From contig NZ_JAQNDL010000003.1 in the NCBI RefSeq assembly GCF_028368995.1, positions 832,001-896,000 on the forward strand: DNA of 64,000 nucleotides. The letters run 5' to 3'. How positions within the stretch are numbered: position 1 is the stretch's first letter; the number at the start of each line of letters is the position of its first letter. Below, one piece after another: positions 19,531 to 30,000 of the stretch. Source of the DNA: Nannocystis bainbridge (lineage in GTDB: Bacteria > Myxococcota_A > Polyangia > Nannocystales > Nannocystaceae). The translations under genes and the position numbers were made by a program. Below the pieces are notes generated by a model. It worked only from the letters and a program-made list of their open reading frames with translations, had not been told where the DNA came from and searched no databases.

Positions 19531-19593
19531 TTTTTTTAAGGAGGGCGAGCGCGCCGGCGAATGGACACCCGCGCGGGCAGACTCATCGGTCAG

Positions 19594-19621
19594 ATGATTT
19601 TCGCGCCCCCGCGAAAATCAT
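19594..19621. terminator. perfect 12-bp hairpin between convergent transposase and USP genes
   Basis: atgattttcgcg-cccc-cgcgaaaatcat. Confidence 0.5.
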
Positions 19622-19724
19622 GCGCCCGTGGCGCGGCTTCGGCGGCCTCGGAGTCGTCGACGAAAGCGCACTTCGCCGAGCTCGAATCGCATTGCGTCGT
19701 GCTGGTGAATGACCCGCGCGACGC

Positions 19725-20600
19725 TCATGCGTGGCGCGAGACCAGGACGTCACCGACACTCAATCGCAGCACGTGGCGGGCGACACTCCCGAGGAAGGGC
19801 TGGGCCAGGGGAGAGGTATGGTGCCCGACGGCGGTCAGATCCGGATCGAGCTGGGGGGCGGCGCGCTCGATCGTTTGCCGGGGCTCGCCGATCCTCAGGG
19901 CCACCTTCAAGCGGTCGGCGTCGACCTCGGCGTCGCGCAGGAACTCTTCGAGCGCCTCGAGGGCCCGACTTCGCGCGAAGGCCCTGTGTTCTCGGGCCTG
20001 CACGCGCAGCCCGGCGTTGCGGAGCAAGCTGGCGAACGGCGGCTCGTAAGCGTGCAGCACCCGCGCCGTGGCCTGCGGCGCGAGCCGCAGCGCGGACCGC
20101 AACGCCTGGGCGGCGGCGGGGCCCAGGTCGACGCAGGCGAGGAGCGTCCGGTAGGGCGCGCGCGCTGGCTTGCGGACGACCAGCACGTCCCCCGCGAGCT
20201 CCTGCTCGATCAGCCGCTCTGCCGTCGTGCCGAGCATCTGGTCGCGGAAGCGGAGGACGCCGCGCGCCCCGACCACCACGAGATTGGCCTTCAACCGGCG
20301 CGCCGTCGCGGCCAGCGCCGTCACGGGGGTGCCCGTCACGACGTGACCACGCACGTCGGCGCCGTGCCTGCGTGCGCTCGCCACCACGTCCTCGAGCCGC
20401 TCACGCGCGACCTCGGTCCCCGCCGCGACCTCGGGTTCGCGGCGCAGCCACGCCAGCAGCGAGCGGCGGCGCGGGCGGGCGACGTGTACGACCTCCAGCG
20501 TGGCGCCGGCCTCCGCCGCGAGGCGTGCGGCGCGAGCGACGGCGTTGTGAGCGGCGCTGGAGAAGTCGGTGGCGACGAGGATACGTTGCAGCATGGTCAT
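19725..20600 (-). CDS. universal stress protein (tandem USP domains)
   Basis: RILVATDFS, LVVVGARG...LGTTAERL, FLGSVARHVL; AAGGAG ribosome-binding site. Confidence 0.9.
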   Translation of the reverse strand: MTMLQRILVATDFSSAAHNAVARAARLAAEAGATLEVVHVARPRRRSLLAWLRREPEVAAGTEVARERLEDVVASARRHGADVRGHVVTGTPVTALAATARRLKANLVVVGARGVLRFRDQMLGTTAERLIEQELAGDVLVVRKPARAPYRTLLACVDLGPAAAQALRSALRLAPQATARVLHAYEPPFASLLRNAGLRVQAREHRAFARSRALEALEEFLRDAEVDADRLKVALRIGEPRQTIERAAPQLDPDLTAVGHHTSPLAQPFLGSVARHVLRLSVGDVLVSRHA

Positions 20601-21179
20601 GCTCCTTCGGGTAGAGAGAAAAGCTCGATGGCGGGCACCCATCCAATCACACAAAGGATAGCAGACCCTGCGGCTTCGGGTACTCACCACCGCCAAACAG
20701 GTCCGCGCTGCCACGATCGCCGAGAGCGACGCCATTCCGCAGTATTTCGCTCGACGCCCCCCGCTCGGCTCCGGCGCTTGAACATGGCCGCCCCGCCACG
20801 TCGACGGTGGCTCCCGCCGCCGGCTGCGGTGCGCGGGAGAGGGCATGGCGTTGCCGTTACAAACGCTTCGCGGATGTCTGTCGCGCCTGAAAGCGTGACG
20901 AAGCGCTCGAGATCCTTCGTCGCTGTCAGAATCTCACGAGACCTGGACGATGCTCACAGTCCAACCTTTCAGAGTTGAGGGTATTCGAGTTTGCCAGGCG
21001 GACGCCTGTTACCAATGTCGGAGATCGATCGGCCTCGCGGAGCATCGGTGGATCCCCCTGGGACACGCGAGCAAGGGCTCGAGTCTTGCGGCCGCATTCG
21101 CAGCGCAGGCTTCGAACACGCCCTGCAGATCGAGACGCCCGCGAGCGGGCGCACGTCACCTCCACAGCCGTCGCCGCCG

Positions 21180-21275
21180 TCACGCGACCAGGTACTCGAC
21201 GCGCTCGCGGGCTCTCGGCGCACGGCATCCGGTCGAACGCATCGAAGCCAGCCTCGACGTCGCCGCCGCCGACGT
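21180..21275 (-). pseudogene. degenerate inverted fragment of an nrfA-like gene
   Basis: reads GGGDVEAGFDAFDRMPCAE/ARERVEYLVA* versus NrfA GGGDVRAGFDALNRMPYAQARERVSHPVAC at ~22680-22770. Confidence 0.7.
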
Positions 21276-21635
21276 CATGCACCGTCCAGCCAGGTCACGC
21301 AATCGTTCGGAATCCACGAACCATCCGACTCCGGGCAGGTGTCTGGGATGCCCGCACCGTCGCGGCGGTCACGGTCACGATGTCGATCGTGAAGTCCAGC
21401 CGAGCACCACCACCCTGATCCGCAGCAGCAAGAATCACGACTCCGTATCGCCGACGCGATATCTCGTTCGAGCCGCGCATTCTCCGGAACAAAGCTTCCC
21501 CGACGTCACCGATGACGCCAGCGATCGTTTGCCATCCCGGGCCCAGCGCGACCGCCGAGTGCGCGACTCGCTGCCGGTCACCAAGTGCCCGCCGCGGGCT
21601 TGCATCCCTGCCGGGGAACCAGCACCCTTGCGCGG

Positions 21636-22136
21636 GTGACCCCCGCGGACGAACAGAGCACGAGGAGGCGCACGTGGGGCGCGACGCTGCTGTTCGCGGT
21701 CGCGGCTGTGTTCGGTGCTGCCACCGGCTCGGCTGTCGGCATTGGCAGCTACGTATTCGTGTACGCCGAAGGCGCGTCCTACCTGACCGATGACCCGGGC
21801 GCGTGTGCCAACTGCCACGTCATGCGCGCGCACCTCGACGCCTGGTCGCGCTCGAGTCACCACGCCGTCGCGGTCTGTAACGATTGCCACGCCCCGCGCG
21901 GGCTGGTCGGGAAGTACGCCGTCAAGGCGATCAACGGCTGGAATCACTCGGTCGCGTTCGTCAGCGGCGAATTCGCCGAGCCGTTCCACGTCACCCCGAT
22001 GAACCGCCGGGTCACCGAGGACGCGTGCCGGGCGTGCCACGGCGAGATCGTGGCGGCGATCGATCACCCCGGCGGCGACGCGGAGAGGCTCTCGTGTGTT
22101 CGTTGCCACCCCCGCGTCGGCCACGACGTGCAGTAA
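21636..22136 (+). CDS. nrfH: tetraheme cytochrome c nitrite reductase small subunit NrfH
   Basis: N-terminal TM; CANCH, CNDCH, CRACH, CVRCH; C-terminal VGH; GTG start at 21636. Confidence 0.92.
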   Translation: MTPADEQSTRRRTWGATLLFAVAAVFGAATGSAVGIGSYVFVYAEGASYLTDDPGACANCHVMRAHLDAWSRSSHHAVAVCNDCHAPRGLVGKYAVKAINGWNHSVAFVSGEFAEPFHVTPMNRRVTEDACRACHGEIVAAIDHPGGDAERLSCVRCHPRVGHDVQ

Positions 22137-22148
22137 GCACAGCAGCCC

Positions 22149-23558
22149 ATGAACGCCGAAACGAACCCCGAAAAACCCTCCGCGCAGCGGCCGCGACGCC
22201 GGCTGCTCATAGCGCTCGGCATCGGCGCCCTGGTCGCCGCGGTCGCCGCGGCCCTCGCGGTCGCCCTGCTGATCCGCGTCTTCGAGCACAAACAGGAGGC
22301 CAAGCACCCGTTCTTCCGCGTGGTCGAGCTCGACGAATCGAGCACCGACCCGGCCGTGTGGGCGCAGAATTTTCCCCACCATTACGATTCCTATGCCCGC
22401 ACCGTCGATCAGGTGCGCACGCGTCACGGCGGCAGCGAGGCGGTCCTCCGCACCCCGTCCGACGCCGACCCGCGCTCCGTCGTCACGCAGTCGAAGCTGG
22501 CCGAGGACCCGCGCCTGGTGACGCTGTGGCGCGGCTACGCGTTCGCTCTGGATTTTCGCGAGGAGCGCGGTCACGCCTACATGCTCGATGATCAGACCTT
22601 CACCGGCCGCCACGCGGTCGAGCAGCCGGGCGCGTGCCTGAACTGTCACGCGTCGGTCGTCGCCACCTACCTCGAGCTCGGCGGCGGCGATGTGCGCGCC
22701 GGCTTCGACGCGCTCAACCGGATGCCCTACGCCCAGGCGCGCGAGCGTGTCTCTCACCCCGTCGCGTGCATCGATTGCCACGACCCGGCGACGATGCGCC
22801 TGCGGATCACCCGGCCTGCCTTCGCTACCGGTATCGCGGCACTGAAGGCCACGCAGGGCGTCGAGGACTACGACGTCCACGCGCAGGCGACCCGCCAGGA
22901 GATGCGCAGCTACGTGTGCGCGCAGTGCCACGTCGAGTATTACTTCGCCGGGCCCGACAAGACACTGACTTATCCGTGGCGCCAGGGCGCGCGCGCGGAC
23001 GAGATCCTCGCCTACTACGACGAGATCGGCCACAAGGACTGGACGCACGCCACCACCGGCGCCGCCGCCCTGAAGGCCCAGCACCCCGAATTCGAGATGT
23101 GGCTTCAGGGCACCCACGCCCGCGCTGGCGTCGCCTGTGCCGACTGTCACATGCCGTACCAGCGCGTCGGCGCCGCGAAGGTCAGCAGCCATCACGTCCG
23201 CAGCCCGATGCTCGACATCAACGCCGCCTGTCAGACCTGCCACAAGGCGACCGAGGAGCAGCTGCGCGAGCGCGTCGAGACGATTCAGGGCCGTCACCTC
23301 GAGCTGCGCAATCTGGCGATGGACGCGGTCGTGCAGCTGATCGAGGCGATCGCGGCGGCGCAGGCGACACCGTCGCCCGACGAGCAGCGCCTCGCCGCGG
23401 CGCGCGAGTACCAGCGCAAGGCGCAATTTCTGCTCGACTTCGCGGAGGCCGAAAACTCGACCGGCTTCCACGCTCCGCAAGAAGCGGCCCGCGTGCTGGC
23501 GATGGCCATCGACCTGGCGCGACGCGGCCTCGTCGCCCTGTGGGCGCCCCCCGACTGA
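22149..23558 (+). CDS. nrfA: pentaheme ammonia-forming cytochrome c nitrite reductase NrfA (CXXCH at heme 1)
   Basis: GYAFALDFREERGH, CLNCH, CIDCH, CAQCHVEYYF, KAQHPEFE, CADCHMP, CQTCH, ENSTGFHAP. Confidence 0.95.
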   Translation: MNAETNPEKPSAQRPRRRLLIALGIGALVAAVAAALAVALLIRVFEHKQEAKHPFFRVVELDESSTDPAVWAQNFPHHYDSYARTVDQVRTRHGGSEAVLRTPSDADPRSVVTQSKLAEDPRLVTLWRGYAFALDFREERGHAYMLDDQTFTGRHAVEQPGACLNCHASVVATYLELGGGDVRAGFDALNRMPYAQARERVSHPVACIDCHDPATMRLRITRPAFATGIAALKATQGVEDYDVHAQATRQEMRSYVCAQCHVEYYFAGPDKTLTYPWRQGARADEILAYYDEIGHKDWTHATTGAAALKAQHPEFEMWLQGTHARAGVACADCHMPYQRVGAAKVSSHHVRSPMLDINAACQTCHKATEEQLRERVETIQGRHLELRNLAMDAVVQLIEAIAAAQATPSPDEQRLAAAREYQRKAQFLLDFAEAENSTGFHAPQEAARVLAMAIDLARRGLVALWAPPD

Positions 23559-23783
23559 GGCGAGCGCCCGCGAGTCCGAAGGCCGGCGGCTCGACTCGTC
23601 GTGAGCCCGCCCGAGCGATGATCGCTCTTGGCCGATGAACGGCCGCGGTCTACGCATTATCGCCATGACGATTCCTTTCAGCGGAGAGAGACGCGGTGGG
23701 GCCAAGTTTCCGGTGTCCGGAATTCTCGGGATGGAATCGCTGCGCCGCTTGACGAGCTCACGGTCGTGCAGGACCATCCCCTC

Positions 23784-24641
23784 ATGGTGCCGAAGAAGAT
23801 CTTGTTGGCCACGGACCTGAGCTGTCGCAGCGATCGGGCCCTCGATCGGGCGACGATCCTGGCGAACCATTGGAACGCCCAATTGGTGGTCGTCCACGCG
23901 CTGCAGGGCTCGATCGAAGGCGAGGACCTCCCGTCCTGGCGCCGCAAGGCCGACCCGCGGCGAGCCGCCTGGCAGCGGGTGCAGCAGGACCTGCGTGACG
24001 CGAATCAGCTCGATGTGCAGATCGTGGTCGAGGACGCGGAGCCGTCCGCCCTGGTGCTCTCCACCGCCGAGCGCCTGGGCTGCGAGCTCATCATCACCGG
24101 CGTCGCCCGCGACGAGACGCTCGGCCGCATCATCCTCGGCACGACCGTCGAGCGCCTCCTCCACAAGTCGGCTGTGCCGCTGCTGGTGGTCAAGCGACGG
24201 CCGCGCGCGCTGTACCGCGAGGTGATGGTCGCCAGCGATCTCTCCGAGGGGTCGCGGCGCGCGTTGGAGGTCGCGCTGGCCCTGCTGCCAGCGGCTCACG
24301 TCAACCTGTTCCACAGCTTCGACGTGCCGTTCCGCGGGCTGATGAGCAACCCCGCAGCGGTCCGCGAGGCCAAGCGGGACGACGCGCTCATGGAATGCCG
24401 GGCGTTCCTCGCGGCGACGCCGGGATTGGCCCAATCGGGCCGGTCTGTCGGCATGCAGTGCGAGAGCGGATCGGTCGAGTCGCTCCTGCTCGAGCTGCTC
24501 CAGACGCGAGACATCGACCTGGTGGCGATGGGCACGCAGGGCCGCGGCTACCTCTCCGGTCGGCTGCTCGGCAGCGTCGCATTGAACCTGCTCAACAGCC
24601 TCCCGGTCGACATGCTGGTGACGCGCAGCCCGCGAACCTGA
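23784..24641 (+). CDS. universal stress protein (tandem USP domains)
   Basis: KKILLATDLSCRSDRAL, LGTTVERLL, LVAMGTQGRG...LLGSVA. Confidence 0.9.
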   Translation: MVPKKILLATDLSCRSDRALDRATILANHWNAQLVVVHALQGSIEGEDLPSWRRKADPRRAAWQRVQQDLRDANQLDVQIVVEDAEPSALVLSTAERLGCELIITGVARDETLGRIILGTTVERLLHKSAVPLLVVKRRPRALYREVMVASDLSEGSRRALEVALALLPAAHVNLFHSFDVPFRGLMSNPAAVREAKRDDALMECRAFLAATPGLAQSGRSVGMQCESGSVESLLLELLQTRDIDLVAMGTQGRGYLSGRLLGSVALNLLNSLPVDMLVTRSPRT

Positions 24642-25101
24642 TGGCAGCAGGACGCCGCGCATGCGTCCTGCGGCTGACCCACGACTGCGGTTCCGCGCGG
24701 CCCTGCAGTCGCGGCCGATCGGCCGCGACCCCTTGCTGTTCGCCACTCCGCCCACGGGGTAAGTCGCCGGACCGGGCAAGACCAGCAGGACCGCGACATC
24801 GACGATCTGCGGCCGGCGGAGCCGGGCACCGAGGTGCGACGCGCAGTGAGCGACGGACACGAGCAGAGCGGTCGGCGCGGCGTCGTCGACGAGCGTCTGT
24901 GGCGGTCCGCGAGCGCGAGGCGGATGTCGACTGCGACGCCACATATCGTGGCGGAGTGGCCTGACAGACCACTGCCCTTCGGCGAACGCGGTCAAGGGTC
25001 CGCGTATTGCCGAGCGGTGTCGTTGGTACGCGTTCTGCAATCCAGGTGGCGTCGCGGTTGACGCCGCGGCGTTCATCTCACCCTGGAAAGACAGATCGCT
25101 C

Positions 25102-25740
25102 ATGTTCAACACCAATGTTCGTAGTTTCGTCGCGCTGACCACCCTGCTCGCCGGACTGCTCGCCGTGCCCGGCTGCGACGCGGGAGATCCGGCCGCCGCG
25201 AGCCTCGTCGCTTACACCCCCAACCTTGAGGATGCCGAGGATGCGGTCGCCGGCATGTCGCTGAAGCTCGCCGGTTCGGCCGCGATCGAGCTCGCCGACG
25301 GCGAGGTCGTCGAGCTCGCGCTCAGCGACGAGCAGCGCGCCACCCTCGAGTGCGACGGCGACGCGCGCGTCTCCCAGCTCCTCATCGATCCGCTACAGCT
25401 CGGGGACCGCGTCTTCGTGGCACCGGTGCTCGAGGCGACCTGTGACGGCGAGAGCCCGACGGCGCACATCAACCTGCGCGAGGCCGGCGAGTCGTGCGAT
25501 GGCGAGGACTGCATCGCTTTCATCCCGGCGCTCGGCGGCGCCGGCGACCTGCCCTTGAGCGCGCCGCAGGGCCTGCCCGCGTCGGTTTGCCTGGCGCCGG
25601 GCAGCCACACCTGCATCGGCTGCGGCTTCGGTCGGGTGCGCACGAGGACCCTGACGTCGAGCACGTACGATCCGTCGACGGGCACCTGCTCCTACGGGTA
25701 CACGTACGGCACATGCGACCACGACATGTGCACGATGTGA
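25102..25740 (+). CDS. hypothetical lipoprotein with Cys-rich C-terminal segment
   Basis: LLAVPGC lipobox; acidic body; six Cys in the last ~50 residues. Confidence 0.75.
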   Translation: MFNTNVRSFVALTTLLAGLLAVPGCDAGDPAAASLVAYTPNLEDAEDAVAGMSLKLAGSAAIELADGEVVELALSDEQRATLECDGDARVSQLLIDPLQLGDRVFVAPVLEATCDGESPTAHINLREAGESCDGEDCIAFIPALGGAGDLPLSAPQGLPASVCLAPGSHTCIGCGFGRVRTRTLTSSTYDPSTGTCSYGYTYGTCDHDMCTM

Positions 25741-25944
25741 GCGCGGGGGTCGCGGGCCGGGGCTCGTGCTCGCGGCAGGCCTGTGGCGAGCTCCCGCTGC
25801 CCCGCGTGTGTACGAAGATCGCCGGGGCGTGGGCCGAAGTCGTCGGCCTTCGCCGCCATGACGACCCGAAGTTCGCCGCAGAGCTCGCGCCGCTCGGTCT
25901 CGCCGGCTCGCTGTACGGCCTCGTCACGCACGCCGACGAGAGGC

Positions 25945-26832
25945 CAGTGGTGGCAGGAAGAGACGGGTCAGAGCCCGGCCCCGCGAGGAACGCTGACGAC
26001 GGATGAGCGGGCCGAGCTCGTCCGGTTACGCAAGGAATTGAAGCGGGTGGAGATGGAGCGCGACGTTTTAAAAAAAGCGGCGGCCTTCTTCGCCAGGGAG
26101 ACGTGACCGTGTTCCAGGTGATCGCGGCGGAGGAGGCCAGTTTCCCGGTCAGCATGATGTGCGAGACCCTCGACGTCTCGCGGAGCGGCTACTATGCATG
26201 GAAGACACGTGAACCTTCGGTGAGATCGCGGGAGAACGCGGCCCTCGCCCAGGAAGTCCCGGAGATCCATGCCGCGAGCAGGCGGACCTACGGGAGCCCG
26301 CGAGTCCGCAGCGAACTACGAGGACGTGGCCGCAAGGTCAGCCGCAAGCGAGTAGCCCGGATTATGCGCGAGAAGGGAATCCAGGGCCGTCGGAGACCCA
26401 AATTCGCGAGGACGACCGACTCGAACCACAGACTCCCCGTGGCCGACAACGTCCTGGGGCGCAACTTCACCGCCAGCAAGCCCGACAAGGCGTGGGTCGC
26501 TGACATCACGTACGTGTGGACCCTCGAGGGCTGGCTCTACCTCGCGGTGATCATCGACCTGTTCTCGCGCCGCGTGGTCGGCTGGTCGATGGCCGACCAC
26601 ATGCGCACCGAACTGGTCCTCGGCGCGCTGAGGGCCGCGCTGGGGCACCTCCTCACCCGGGATGGTGCGAGGACGGCCATCTCGGAGTGGATCGAAGTAT
26701 TCTACAATCGCCAGCGTCGCCACTCGTCGATCGGGTACTCGACCCCGATCGCCTACGAGGAGAGCTTCTACGCCGAGCAGGCGCAGACTCAAGCGGCATA
26801 AACAAAGTGTCCACTTTTTCGGGGCAATCCCA
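25945..26832 (+). mobile_element. IS3-family remnant (5'-truncated orfA, internally deleted orfB)
   Basis: ELVRLRKELKRVEMERDVLKKAAAFF with A7G slippery site at 26070-26077; orfB YGSPR, WVADITY, LAVIIDLFSRRVVGW then jumps to FYNRQRRHSSIGY with the HSDxGSQY region absent; right end gtgtccactttttcggggcaatccCA. Confidence 0.88.
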
Positions 26833-27069
26833 AAGGCAAGCTGTGGAGGACCGAGGACGATCCGCGCTCGCCGAGGCCCGAGCCCTGGTAGCGACGCTCG
26901 ACGACCTCATCAAACGCATCGGCGGCTCTTGGGACGCCGTCACCCTCACTCGGGCTCATTGAGACGAATTGCCGCCGGGCGGAGCGCGACGACGCGCACC
27001 GGGAGAGGAAGCTGGTCCGTCGCTCGCCCACGCCGCTCTGGCTCGCGTACACTCGCGCTGAGGTCGCCT

Positions 27070-30000
27070 GTGCCGCCCTGCCCATTCTGCGCCATCCCCG
27101 ACAGCCAGATCGTGTGGTCGGACGAGCTCGTGATCGCGGTGCGGGATCTCCATCCGGTCTCGCGCGGCCACACGCTCGTCATTCCCCGGCGCCACGTCGG
27201 CACCTGGTTCGACGCCAGCGCAGCCGAGCGGGAGGCCATTTGGCGAGCGGTCGACGCGATCAAGCACATGCTCGATGCCGGCGACAAGCCAGACGGGTAC
27301 AACGTCGGTTTCAACGCGGGGGCCGCCGCAGGCCAGACGGTCATGCATCTCCACGTGCATGTCATCCCGCGTTACGTCGGCGACATGGACGATCCGCGCG
27401 GGGGGGTCCGCCACGTCATCCCCAGCCGCGGCAACTACCTCCGCGACACTCCGCCGCTCGCTTCGGGCGGCGAGGACGACCCGTTCGCCGCGCACGTCCT
27501 GCCGCTCCTGGCGCGCGCCGAAAAAGTCGACATCGTGTCAGCGTTCGTGCAGGCAAGCGGCCTTGAGCGGATTGAGCATCCCCTCGAGACCGCTCTGCGC
27601 GAGGGCGCTGTCATCCGGATCATCACTGGCGATTACCTTGAGATCACGCAGGTCGAGGCGCTCGAGCTCCTCCTCGACTGGCAGGCGACCCGGGGAGAGC
27701 GGGGGACGCTCGAGGCCAAGGTCGTCGAGGTTGCCGGGCTGCCCGGCCGTACGCGCTCGTTTCATCCCAAGGCCTGGCATCTTGAAGGCCCTGACTTCGG
27801 CGTCGCGTTTGTCGGCAGCTCGAACCTCTCGCGCTCGGCGCTCGACACCGGTATCGAATGGAACCTCAGGGTCGAACGCGATGCCGACGCTCGCGCGTGG
27901 GGCCGCATCCGTGACGCGTTCGCGGCGCTCTGGTCGAGAGCCAAGCCGCTCGACGCGACCTGGATCGCGGCCTATGCCGCCAGGGTACGCGCCCGTCCCG
28001 CCTCGGTGCCGCCGGGCGAGATCGAGGTCGATCCGCCCGTGCGGCTTGCCACGCCCCACGACGTGCAGAAGGAGGCGCTCGCGTGCCTGCGTGCGACTCG
28101 CGAACAGGGCCGACGCCGCGCCCTGGTCGTGCTCGCTACCGGCCTCGGCAAGACCTGGCTAGCGGCCTTCGACTTCGTCCAGCTGTGGGACGAGCTCGGC
28201 CGTGTACCGCGCCTCCTCTTTCTCGCCCATCGCCGTGAACTCCTGCGTCAGGCGGCCGGCACTTACCGGGCGCAGCTGCGCAGTCGCAACGTCAGCGCCC
28301 GCGTCGGCTGGTGCCTCGAAGATCTCGCGGACATCGGCGCCGATCTCGTGTTCGCCTCGATCGCCAAAGCCTCGCGCGCGCCGTGGATCGACCAGCTCGC
28401 CGCCGAGCGGTTCGACTATGTCGTCATTGACGAAGTGCACCACGCGGCTGCGGAGTCGTATCGCAAGATCCTCGCGCGTCTCGATCCGACGTTCCTGCTC
28501 GGTCTCACCGCCACCCCCGATCGTGCCGATGCTGCCGACATCCTCGGCTTGTTCGACGACCACGTCGCCTACCGCGCCGACCTCGCACGCGGGGTCCAGA
28601 TCGGCCGCCTGGTTCCGTTTCGTTACTTCGGTGTCCGCGACGACATCGACTACAAAAACATCCCCTGGCGCCACCATCACTTCGATGCGGAACAGCTCGC
28701 CGCTGCGGCGCAGACCGAGCGCCGTATGCAAACGCTGTGGGTGTCCTGGCAGGCCCATCCAGGCACGCGCACGCTCGTGTTCTGCTGCAGCGTGGCGCAC
28801 GCGGACTACGCCGCCGCCTGGCTGGCGGCGCGGGGCGTGCGAGTTGCCAAGGTTTACGCGGCCCCGGGCTCGGATGACCGCGACCTCGCATTGACACGCT
28901 TGCAGCGCGGCGAGCTCGACGCGATCTGTGCGATCGATATCTTCAATGAAGGCGTCGACGTCCCCGCGCTCGACCGCGTCGTCATGCTACGTCCGACTGA
29001 ATCGAGCGTCGTCTTCCTGCAGCAGCTCGGGCGCGGGCTCCGGGCTGCTCCCGGCAAGCAGGCGGTGACGGTCCTCGACTTCGTCGGTAATCACAAGATC
29101 TTCCTTGAGCGTCTGCGAGCCCTGCTCTCGCTCGGAGATCGTGCCGCGGCGCTCGCCACACTGGTCGCCACCGGCCGCACCGAACTCCCGCACGGCTGCA
29201 CCGTCGAGCTCGAGCTCGAGGCCAAGCGGATCCTCGAGAGCCTGTACCGCCTCGGTGGGGCCGAGCGCGTTGAACAAGCCTACCGGGAGCTGCGCGACAC
29301 TCGCGACCATCGCCCGACCGCGGGCGAGTTGCAGCGTCTCGGATATGCGCCCGCCACCCTGCGCGCTCGCCACGGCAGCTGGTTCGCCTTCGTCGCTGCG
29401 GAAGGTGACCTCACGCCCGAACAGCTGCGCGTGCTCGACAGCGGCTTTCTGGACGACCTCGAAACCACCGAGATGACGAAGAGCTTCAAGATGGTGACGC
29501 TCGACGTGCTCCTCGACGCCGGCGCGCTGTTTTCCGGTCTGTCGGTCCGAGACCTCGCCCTCGGCGCCTGGAGTCGTCTGCGGCGCTCGCCTGAACTTCT
29601 GGCCGATGTGCTCGAGCACGATCGCTTGCCCGCAAATCCCGACGAGTCCGCCGCCCGCCGCTGGGTCGCCTACTGGCGAGACAATCCCATCGCGGCATGG
29701 ACGGCCACCAAGAAGAAGAAACGGACGTGGTTCGTGGTCGACGAGGACGACCGCTTCCGTCTCGCGCTCCCACCCGATCCCGCGCTTCCCGGGCTCGTGC
29801 ACGAGCTCGTCGACTACCGTCTCGCGCGCTACCGCGTGCCGATCAGCGACGACAGCTTTGTTTGCCGGGTAATCTGGAATAAACGCGACCCGATCATCAA
29901 GCTACCCCAGCGGGCGACCGAAAACGTCTCCGGGCAAGAACTCCCCGTTCGTCTGCCCGATGGCTCCGTCTGGCTGTTTCGCTTCGTCACGGGATTCTGC

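Noticed and set aside
21435-25142. 1,235-aa minus-strand ORF
   Set aside because: Antisense shadow of nrfH, nrfA and USP; stop-poor frames are expected in high-GC DNA
26662-27069. N-terminal extension of the 1,672-aa ORF
   Set aside because: Overlaps the IS3 end; the HIT domain begins at GTG 27070 behind a GAGG site
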